Source: a virus
IMG/VR virus record: IMGVR_UViG_3300037479_000222
Coordinates: 1-37,392 of that record
Length of the DNA stretch: 37,392 bases
Strand: one strand, 5' to 3'
Shown: piece after piece, positions 31,292 to 37,392 of the stretch
Layout of the letters: every line of letters begins with the position of its first letter
Numbering within the stretch: the stretch's first letter is position 1
Position numbers and translations under genes: made by a program
The notes under the pieces: generated by a model
Database searches by the model: none
The model's input: the letters and a program-made list of their open reading frames with translations, nothing else
What the model was told of the DNA's origin: nothing

Positions 31292-31645
31292 TTATCGTCC
31301 TCTCTTGCCCAACGTGAATAACAAGAAGCCGCCGACAATCAGCATGAGTGTCGTTTGTGATAGCTGAATCCCGCTTGACGGTTGCGGTTGTGCTCCAGGC
31401 GTTGGCGCAGGCACGGGAACCGGCGCGGGCGATGGCGTTGGAAACTGTGGATACGGTGGATAGCCGGCTACTTCTACAGTGGCGACCTGTGCGGCTCTCT
31501 CAATCGCCCGGTTGATTGAGTCTACGTACCAGGGCGTTTCGTAAGACGGCGCGCTTGCTGTTGGCTGTCTCGACGACCCTTCTTCAACCGGGACGATGTA
31601 ATCAACGTAAGGCAGGCCGAAATACTCAAATACTTGTTCGTCCAT
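31292..31645 (-). CDS. Tail-anchored membrane protein with a Pro-rich linker, 117 aa
   Basis: PYPQFPTPSPAPVPVPAPTPGAQPQP is followed by the TM TTLMLIVGGFLLFTLGKRGR. The start forms a TGATG overlap with the upstream gene. Confidence 0.7.
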   Translation of the reverse strand: MDEQVFEYFGLPYVDYIVPVEEGSSRQPTASAPSYETPWYVDSINRAIERAAQVATVEVAGYPPYPQFPTPSPAPVPVPAPTPGAQPQPSSGIQLSQTTLMLIVGGFLLFTLGKRGR

Positions 31646-32247
31646 CAGAGAATCTCCCAGGGAAGCTCAAATCCCCCGTCTAGTGTTTGTTGCCGCCAGC
31701 CCATTGGTTGGTCTTTGGCGACGGCATCAAGAGCCAACCATTCGCTACTGGGCATCAAGACTTCGCAATACACATGGCTTGCGCTCTCGCCGTCCACCCA
31801 CTGAGCTACGAAGCGAGGTCGAAGGCCGAGACACATCGCCAGCGTTGCGAGCAATACCGACAGGCTTACGCAATCGCCTCTCTTTAATTCGAGCGTTCGC
31901 CTTGCGTCCTGCAATGTCTGTTGATTTATCGGATGTGGTTCGTAGGTGATGTTGGCTATCACCCAATTGAACAGGGCGGCTATCTGACTTCGGGCATCGT
32001 GGTTGTTTGCGCCGGCAGTGATTTGATAAGCCGCCCTGATATTGAACTCGTCTTGATAGCCGCTGTAATCAGGACCGATGCGCCCCAACACGGCATCCCG
32101 CATTGCATCGAGCGTCATGAAAGTGGCGCCATCACCATCAGGTAACGGTCTGTATTCAATTGAGTGAGAGAGGGAGGCGGCGGGCGCAAGGCGTCTAAGC
32201 GGGTAGTAATCGCTAGTCCCAGAAAATGCGCCCATGTTTGCCGCCAT
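31645..32247 (-). CDS. Transglutaminase-like cysteine protease-fold protein, 200 aa
   Basis: The Cys-His-Asp core pattern is KRGDCVSLSVLLATLAMCLGLRPRFV...SHVYCEV...WLALDAV. It is the first gene of the late operon. Confidence 0.7.
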   Translation of the reverse strand: MAANMGAFSGTSDYYPLRRLAPAASLSHSIEYRPLPDGDGATFMTLDAMRDAVLGRIGPDYSGYQDEFNIRAAYQITAGANNHDARSQIAALFNWVIANITYEPHPINQQTLQDARRTLELKRGDCVSLSVLLATLAMCLGLRPRFVAQWVDGESASHVYCEVLMPSSEWLALDAVAKDQPMGWRQQTLDGGFELPWEIL

Positions 32248-32313
32248 AAAGTCGAAGCCTCAAAGCGACTCGCGACTACTACCGGGCGCAAGAAACCACA
32301 AAAGAATCTTAGG

Positions 32314-32360
32314 TGTCAAGCCATAAACGGTTGACAAATATTAGGTTTAAGGCGTATACG
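32314..32360 (+). promoter_or_regulatory. Divergent control region: inverted repeat TGTCAA-N11-TTGACA overlapping a sigma70-like promoter
   Basis: TTGACA (32331-32336), an 18-nt spacer, then TATACG (32355-32360), lying between the divergent late operon and the 32470 operon. Confidence 0.3.
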
Positions 32361-32469
32361 GCTTACGTTTGTTAAGTGAGAGTCTATCGGTTGTGATGTC
32401 TGAGTTTTACTCAAACTTCACTCCATGATCTGTTGAAAATATTTTTTTATCTCTCGGAAAGGAGTGGGA

Positions 32470-33876
32470 ATGCCGAGAAAGAAAACAGCCGAAGTTGAAA
32501 TCCTGCCACCTGAAGACAATCAAGCAAAGCAAGGGCGCCCGAAGATCGTTGAAGCCAAGCACACAATCGAGTTTAAAGCGCCCCACGCAATCGAAGAGCC
32601 AATTAACGAAGATGAAGAGATCGAGATTGATGATGATCTTGTCGCCGAAGACAGGCCGAAGAAGAAGCGCCAGAGCTATCGTGAAGAGCTTCGCAAAAAA
32701 CTCAGAGCGCAAGGCGTGTCGCCCGCGACTAGGCTGACGATCACAATCGAGCGGTACACGCACAGCGAGTCCGGCGAAAGCGGGATGTGGGCGGATCGAG
32801 AGTTTTGCGCCAAGAACTTTTGCGAAGAGCAATATGTTTTGGACGAAGGCTATATGGATTTGCTGAAGCAATGGGGGCCGGGGACGTATCGTATTACGCT
32901 CAGGTTGAACGGAACCATTGTTGACGCTTTCGATAAGCGAGTAGCCGCGCCTCCAAAAACAACTCCAATCATCCAACATGTCAATCCGAATGATCCGACT
33001 TCCCCGCAAGTGATCGTCCAAACAACCAACGGCGACGGCCAAGCGCAGCAAATCCCGATGTCAATCAAGGACATCATGAAAACTCAGCGCGAGGCTTTGA
33101 AAGAACAGTTCGAAATGGCGAAGCTCATGCGCGAGGCTTACGGATTCGCTCCTGAGCAATCGCAAGCGAATCAACAGCAAACAACCGATCCCGAACTAGC
33201 AGCATTACAACTAATCACAAAGAATCCTGATGTCATGGAGAAGATCGCCGGAGGTCTTGCGAAAACAATCTTCGGCGGCAAGGGCGGCAGTGACGACGCG
33301 CCCTGGTGGGCGGACATCTTAAAAGACTCAATAACGACGGGCCAGCTGGCGCCAACGGTTCAAGGAGTCGTTAAGGCGCTATTTCCCAACGGCCTATTTG
33401 GCGGTCTATTCCCCGGAGGCAATAATAATGGGCAAGCTCCAACAACGCAGGCGCAAACGCAGGCGGCGACAACTGCGCCAGCAACTACGCCGGAACAACA
33501 TTCACCTAATCCCAATGCCTTACTCAGTGATGGAGTGCATGCAGTTCATACAGAACGAACTGGCGAGGGAGTATCAGGAGTCACGCCCGAGCAACACGCG
33601 CTCTCAAGACTGATCGAGAACTGTCAACGCAATGTTCCCGTTCAAGTGGCGTTTCAACAGTTGGTCAACTATGCCGATGCGATCAATGAACAAGCCCCGG
33701 AATATTCAATCGACGGCTACATTGATTTGCTTGGCTCAATGGAGACAGAGCAAGTGATTGAATTCGTGAAGTCCCTTCCAGGCGGCGAGCAAATAGCGTC
33801 TTTGCCTCACGCGGCTTCATGGACAAGTGAGCTTCAGCGATTGATCAAAGAGAGTCAGGAGGGCGAAGAGGAATGA
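32470..33876 (+). CDS. Hypothetical protein, 468 aa (charged N terminus, Q/T/A/P/G-rich linker, helical C terminus)
   Basis: ATG at 32470 lies 6 nt after AGGAG. The ORF is long and has no P-loop. Confidence 0.75.
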   Translation: MPRKKTAEVEILPPEDNQAKQGRPKIVEAKHTIEFKAPHAIEEPINEDEEIEIDDDLVAEDRPKKKRQSYREELRKKLRAQGVSPATRLTITIERYTHSESGESGMWADREFCAKNFCEEQYVLDEGYMDLLKQWGPGTYRITLRLNGTIVDAFDKRVAAPPKTTPIIQHVNPNDPTSPQVIVQTTNGDGQAQQIPMSIKDIMKTQREALKEQFEMAKLMREAYGFAPEQSQANQQQTTDPELAALQLITKNPDVMEKIAGGLAKTIFGGKGGSDDAPWWADILKDSITTGQLAPTVQGVVKALFPNGLFGGLFPGGNNNGQAPTTQAQTQAATTAPATTPEQHSPNPNALLSDGVHAVHTERTGEGVSGVTPEQHALSRLIENCQRNVPVQVAFQQLVNYADAINEQAPEYSIDGYIDLLGSMETEQVIEFVKSLPGGEQIASLPHAASWTSELQRLIKESQEGEEE

Positions 33877-34319
33877 AATTAACCGATCGTCAAAAAGAAA
33901 TCTTAAAAGAGAAAAACCCCGTCCCATTTTGCGCGAAACCTCATGCTTGCCCGAAGTGCCATAAGAGACGCGTTCTATTTGTCCGTGACCGCAATCATGC
34001 AGGCCATCACCGGGGTTCTCGATTCTTTAACATTCGTGGGCATGGTCGTCGCCCTCGAAACGGATGGGCGATTGCGAGACGCCCTGTGTGTCGCCAGTGT
34101 TACGCCGAGCGCTACGCCCTTGAATGGGTGATTCCATTTATAGCCAGTTCAGCATGTATTGGTGTGGCAAGTCCATTTGTGTCTCATATGCCACGATTGT
34201 CGAAAAGCCAAATAGATAGTCTCACACATGAGATGACAACGCTTAGTGTGGGGGAGATGTTCTCAAAGTTCATTACTCCCATATTGCAATCTAAAAAGGG
34301 AGGGGAGAATAAATCATGA
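33873..34319 (+). CDS. Zinc-ribbon (CPKC...CRQC) protein with one TM segment, 148 aa
   Basis: ATGA overlap. The N terminus MKLTDRQKEIL resembles that of the 503-aa basic protein. Confidence 0.65.
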   Translation: MKLTDRQKEILKEKNPVPFCAKPHACPKCHKRRVLFVRDRNHAGHHRGSRFFNIRGHGRRPRNGWAIARRPVCRQCYAERYALEWVIPFIASSACIGVASPFVSHMPRLSKSQIDSLTHEMTTLSVGEMFSKFITPILQSKKGGENKS

Positions 34320-34705
34320 ACCTCGACATCACATCACTCTTCCCTGACCTGGAAGCCCTAACGCCTGATGGCCGTTGGAACATGCTTCAGGATTGGCTTG
34401 CGAAGAATCCCGAGTATGGAGAGCGAGTTGAAGAATGGTCAACACAGACAGTTGATAGAGTGTTTACCGAAATCTGTATTCTCGCAGTCAACAGATACGG
34501 CGCCTTGGCCGGCATGGTTCTCAGTTATCCAACAACGCAATCCAAACTCAAACGATGGATTGAGATTTTACAAGCCTGCTATCGAGAGAGAGCGGGGATA
34601 AACAATCAATCAGAAAAGGAGATCAAGAATGTCAAAAATAGACGAGCGATTAAACATGGGGCGATCACTCGAAGAAGAACCCCCAAGCGAACCGATCAGG
34701 CTTGA
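34316..34705 (+). CDS. Hypothetical protein, 129 aa, basic tail
   Basis: ATGA overlap and a GGGAGGGGAG SD. Confidence 0.65.
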   Translation: MNLDITSLFPDLEALTPDGRWNMLQDWLAKNPEYGERVEEWSTQTVDRVFTEICILAVNRYGALAGMVLSYPTTQSKLKRWIEILQACYRERAGINNQSEKEIKNVKNRRAIKHGAITRRRTPKRTDQA

Positions 34706-35048
34706 GACTGACGGCGTTTTCGATTCAGCCGGCTATCCATTCCCCGAACTTGACCCGGAGACGCTTATGGATAATCCGATGCTCGCGCTTCTGAAACCAC
34801 TGATTCAATACTTCGAGTCAATCAAGCCGCCAATGGCTTTTACTATGCCTCCGAAGAGCGAGCATAAGATCAGAATCTTTCGATTTAAAGACAGTCTAGG
34901 AATAGCCTCAATTGACAGCATTGAGAGAACAATCGAAAACATGTTGAACGACGGCTATTGCTGTCACATGCCTACTGTTGTTGGTGATTTCGTAATCATG
35001 GATTTTTCACGAAGAAAGGAGACTGAAGAGAATGAGCGAGAGCAATAA
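34629..35048 (+). CDS. Hypothetical protein, 139 aa
   Basis: An AAAGGAG SD lies 7 nt before the ATG. The gene overlaps the previous one by 77 nt. Confidence 0.6.
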   Translation: MSKIDERLNMGRSLEEEPPSEPIRLETDGVFDSAGYPFPELDPETLMDNPMLALLKPLIQYFESIKPPMAFTMPPKSEHKIRIFRFKDSLGIASIDSIERTIENMLNDGYCCHMPTVVGDFVIMDFSRRKETEENEREQ

Positions 35049-35424
35049 ACCTGAACTGACAGTAATCGAACCCGAAGTCATGCCCGGTCTGTCTTTCGAC
35101 TTTGAGTTTATCACGCAAACTTTAAACCTGATTCCGATCCAGGGAGGCAAAGCCGCGATTGCCCTGGCGGCGATCACGGACATCGAGCAAGACGAAAACG
35201 ACGATTGGGTTTTCACTCTCGACAACGATCAGCAATACACGCTTGACAACAACGACATGGCCGAGTTTGAGCAAAACCTGAGAAGACGAATCGAAGACAA
35301 TAAGACCAGAGCGAAAGACGCCATGAGAGATAACGCCCGCATACAGGCTGAATTGATGGCTGAGTTTCAGGGTGGCGTACAGCCTGGCAAAATCGTTGGA
35401 GTCGGGAGAAAGGGCTTTCACTGA
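35032..35424 (+). CDS. Hypothetical acidic protein, 130 aa
   Basis: It overlaps the upstream gene by 17 nt and is followed by a strong terminator. Confidence 0.65.
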   Translation: MSESNKPELTVIEPEVMPGLSFDFEFITQTLNLIPIQGGKAAIALAAITDIEQDENDDWVFTLDNDQQYTLDNNDMAEFEQNLRRRIEDNKTRAKDAMRDNARIQAELMAEFQGGVQPGKIVGVGRKGFH

Positions 35425-35450
35425 TGTTGTTTGGCGAATCCTCCATTTTG

Positions 35451-35484
35451 ATAGGGGCTGAGAGATCGGCCCCTATTTTTTTTT
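35451..35484 (+). terminator. Strong rho-independent terminator
   Basis: ATAGGGGC-N10-GCCCCTAT hairpin followed by a T9 run. Confidence 0.85.
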
Positions 35485-35505
35485 GACAAAACTATAAAAT
35501 AGTCC

Positions 35506-35533
35506 TTGACTAATCTATAGATTCTGATATTCT
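35506..35533 (+). promoter_or_regulatory. Sigma70-like promoter of the early accessory operon
   Basis: TTGACT (35506-35511), a 16-nt spacer, then TATTCT (35528-35533), in an AT-rich stretch right after the terminator. Confidence 0.4.
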
Positions 35534-35540
35534 CCCACCA

Positions 35541-35582
35541 TCGCAAGCGGCAATAAAGTAGCGCGATAACGGAGGAAAAGAA
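35541..35582 (+). repeat. Conserved leader element, copy 1 (AGCGGCA-N8-GCGCGATAACGGAGGAAA)
   Basis: A near-identical element lies at 35947-35990. Shorter versions containing ACGGAGGAA lie before the starts at 36359, 36667 and 534. Confidence 0.7.
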
Positions 35583-35945
35583 GTGAACGCAATCACAAAA
35601 GGCACACCGGAGCAAATCAAATGGGCGGCAGCCCTGGTTGAAAAGGAAATTGCCCGCCTCGATAAAATGCTCGCCCCAATTCCGCCGAAAGAACAGCGCA
35701 GCGAAGTCAGCCAGAAGCTTTACGGTGAGCAGATTGCGTTCGTGAAAACTGTTCGCAACACACTGGCGAACAAACTGCAAAGCGCCAAGTGGGTGATTGA
35801 TAATCGCAGTAATCTTTTCTATTACACCGCCGAATTGCTGCGGAAGCAGGACGCGCAATTCGCGGCCAGGTTCAACCAAGACTGGACGTATTCAATTATC
35901 AGCGCCGTCAACGACGGCAACTGGTTGAAAGGCGCTGGTTTTTAA
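35583..35945 (+). CDS. Hypothetical protein, 120 aa
   Basis: The GTG start lies 7 nt after GGAGG. Confidence 0.65.
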   Translation: MNAITKGTPEQIKWAAALVEKEIARLDKMLAPIPPKEQRSEVSQKLYGEQIAFVKTVRNTLANKLQSAKWVIDNRSNLFYYTAELLRKQDAQFAARFNQDWTYSIISAVNDGNWLKGAGF

Positions 35946-35946
35946 C

Positions 35947-35990
35947 TCACAACAGCGGCAGTTACGCCGCGCGATAACGGAGGAAAGAAA
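35947..35990 (+). repeat. Conserved leader element, copy 2
   Basis: CAGCGGCAGTTACGCCGCGCGATAACGGAGGAAAGAAA compares with AAGCGGCAATAAAGTAGCGCGATAACGGAGGAAAAGAA in copy 1. Confidence 0.7.
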
Positions 35991-36347
35991 ATGGCGAACC
36001 GAATCGAAGCGGCTGAGGCAATCGCGGAAATTATCAACGCGGACGACAATCACGGCGCGAGACTGTGGACAAAAGAAAACGCTGTGCGCTTGTATCTCAA
36101 ATACAACACGCAGGCGAAAAAGGGCTGGATTGATAACGGCTTCGTCGCCTTTCTGCCTGACGGAACGATTGACGTGAAAGCCGACCGTAACGCTTCGGTC
36201 GTTAAGGACGCTATTCGCCAATTTCAAGCAACTCAATCACTCACACCCGCGCAGACCGCCAAGCAATCGACCGAAATCCCCGGCGTTGACGACGAGGGCA
36301 ACGACTGGCGGATTCGTGACGTTGCGGGCGACGAGCGCGGGTACTAA
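35991..36347 (+). CDS. Hypothetical protein, 118 aa
   Basis: The ATG follows the conserved leader. Confidence 0.65.
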   Translation: MANRIEAAEAIAEIINADDNHGARLWTKENAVRLYLKYNTQAKKGWIDNGFVAFLPDGTIDVKADRNASVVKDAIRQFQATQSLTPAQTAKQSTEIPGVDDEGNDWRIRDVAGDERGY

Positions 36348-36358
36348 CGGAGGAAGAA

Positions 36359-36619
36359 ATGAAAGTTTCTGATTTTGAAAACAAGAAAGCTCAGATTTTG
36401 AGCGGCAAAGGCAACGCCGAAGACAAAAGCTTGGCGCTCACTTGCCTCTCTCAGGAGATTCGCCGATGCGCGTGGTCGCCTCACGCGCACAAAGCCGCGC
36501 ATAGCCTGGCGCGCCAGTGCGACGAAGCCGCCGCGAAATTGGTTGGCGCTTCGGTCAACCCGGCGCCGCGTTTCGATTCGTTCGAGAGCGGCGGGATTAT
36601 TTACCGAGCAATCAAGTAG
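36359..36619 (+). CDS. Hypothetical protein, 86 aa
   Basis: The ATG follows TAACGGAGGAAGAA. Confidence 0.6.
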   Translation: MKVSDFENKKAQILSGKGNAEDKSLALTCLSQEIRRCAWSPHAHKAAHSLARQCDEAAAKLVGASVNPAPRFDSFESGGIIYRAIK

Positions 36620-36666
36620 CATCCCACGGGGCGCTCGCCGCCCCATTTAATACGGAGGAAAAGAAC

Positions 36667-36867
36667 ATGGACAAAATTATCAATCAAGTCGCAGAAGAGA
36701 ATCAGAATCCCGCGCTGCGGCAAGATATTATCGCGGACATTTGGAATAGCCCGTTGGGCAAGGCTTTTGACTCGCCCGAGGAAATAGACAAGGCTTTGAG
36801 TGATGAATCAATGCCTGCGGTGTCCGCTAGGGCGCGGCAGTTTATGGGACTGCCAGTAATCGAGTAA
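36667..36867 (+). CDS. Hypothetical acidic protein, 66 aa
   Basis: ATG at 36667 follows ATACGGAGGAAAAGAAC (the track ORF starts at 36517, overlapping the previous gene). Confidence 0.6.
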   Translation: MDKIINQVAEENQNPALRQDIIADIWNSPLGKAFDSPEEIDKALSDESMPAVSARARQFMGLPVIE

Positions 36868-36883
36868 TCAATCATTGCCGATT

Positions 36884-36906
36884 GCTCTCCTGCGTGGAGA
36901 GCTTTC
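36884..36906 (+). promoter_or_regulatory. Hairpin GCTCTCC-tgcgt-GGAGAGC + TTTC; weak internal terminator/attenuator
   Basis: A 7-bp perfect stem and short T tract, in the 102-nt gap between 36867 and 36970. Confidence 0.35.
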
Positions 36907-36969
36907 GGGAGCGATTGAGGCTCTGGAAATCAACGCAGCTAATGCCCGCGATAGTGGGCGAGGTGAGAG

Positions 36970-37185
36970 ATGAAACACGCGGATTATAACAACGGATTTA
37001 TTGCCCACAACGTTGAAGAGCGATTGGGTTTACCTTGCGGCTCCGTGGCGATCGCATCAGAGAGCGAGGATGGCCCGCTGTACGCGCTGGTGGAATTCAA
37101 TGGCCGCGGGAACGGCCAAACGGTGGTGGCAGTTACGGAGCAAGACCAGAGATACGGGCTGACCTATGAAGAAATTACTAAATAG
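36970..37185 (+). CDS. Hypothetical protein, 71 aa
   Basis: A GAGGTGAGAG SD is present. Confidence 0.6.
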   Translation: MKHADYNNGFIAHNVEERLGLPCGSVAIASESEDGPLYALVEFNGRGNGQTVVAVTEQDQRYGLTYEEITK

Positions 37186-37189
37186 CGCA

Positions 37190-37392
37190 ATGATGCCCAA
37201 TCTCGATTGCGTCTATGATTGCCGCTCGTGCGGGCCGTACGAGTTCGCGCGCTATCTTCAAGCCGGGCCGTTCGAGTCGTATATCGGCTACCCTGAAACG
37301 GCTCGGATTCTTGAAGAGTTGTCCGGCGTGAAGATACCAATCTCTCGCGCCCAGACTACTGTAGAGCCGGGGGACACTCTGTTGATTGCTCG
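37190..37392 (+). CDS. 5' part of the junction-spanning DUF1874 (AcrIII-1 family)-like gene; continues at 1..218
   Basis: It starts ATGATGCCC and reads MMPNLDCVYDCRSCGPYEFARYLQAGPFESYIGYPETARILEELSGVKIPISRAQTTVEPGDTLLIAR... There is no stop before the window end, and the frame continues into position 3 of the window. Confidence 0.75.
   Translation, partial: MMPNLDCVYDCRSCGPYEFARYLQAGPFESYIGYPETARILEELSGVKIPISRAQTTVEPGDTLLIA
37266..37392. repeat. Terminal direct repeat, copy 2 (identical to 1-127)
   Basis: 127/127 identity with the window start. Confidence 0.97.

Larger units (their letters stand above)
1..37265. mobile_element. One full unit of a circular temperate virus-like replicon (unit length 37,265 bp)
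   Basis: The window ends share an exact 127-nt overlap and an ORF reads continuously across the junction. Content includes an integrase, Xis-type HTH, divergent RHH pair, recombination/replication genes, capsid-like genes and lysis genes. Confidence 0.8.

Noticed and set aside
32407-33051. 214-aa - strand ORF.
   Set aside because: It is antisense to the 468-aa gene and starts inside the divergent control region without an SD.

Overview
The window holds one complete 37,265 bp unit of a circular, temperate, virus-like bacterial replicon, plus an exact 127-nt terminal overlap (1-127 = 37266-37392). Strand switches, SD-preceded or ATGA-coupled ORF chains and hairpin+T-run terminators define five transcription blocks. 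(i) A + strand early accessory operon runs from the promoter near 35506 across the junction to the terminator at 2067-2091. It has about 12 small ORFs, including a junction-spanning DUF1874 (AcrIII-1 ring-nuclease family)-like gene. (ii) A - strand lysogeny operon (5554 -> 2371) encodes an RHH repressor candidate, a secreted protein, a 4-TM protein, a small basic protein and a tyrosine integrase, with a candidate attP at 2092-2370. (iii) A long + strand block (5756 -> 20784) encodes an RHH Cro-like protein, a C5 DNA methyltransferase, an Xis-type HTH protein, a single-strand annealing protein, three tandem paralogs, a J-domain protein, a possible TGT/DpdA-like protein, a vWA protein and a PrimPol-helicase followed by an iteron-bearing hairpin. 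It continues with about 15 small ORFs and a FimB/FimE-type small tyrosine recombinase preceded by a perfect 32-bp palindrome. (iv) A - strand late operon (32247 -> 21047) encodes a transglutaminase-like protease, at least 7 membrane proteins (mostly tail-anchored), two extremely basic proteins and a run of beta-rich capsid candidates sharing a strand motif. It ends with two spike-like proteins with a common N terminus, a membrane-anchored lytic transglycosylase and a holin-like protein. (v) A + strand operon of unknown function spans 32470 -> 35424. I found no rRNA, tRNA or CRISPR array. The most striking point is that nothing resembles a terminase, portal, tail protein or FtsK/HerA-type packaging ATPase, and the only P-loop I can find is in the primase-helicase. 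The late operon therefore looks like a tailless, membrane-containing virion module with protamine-like DNA-condensing proteins, and it may be an undescribed lineage. All functional calls rest on motif recognition by eye, with no database search.
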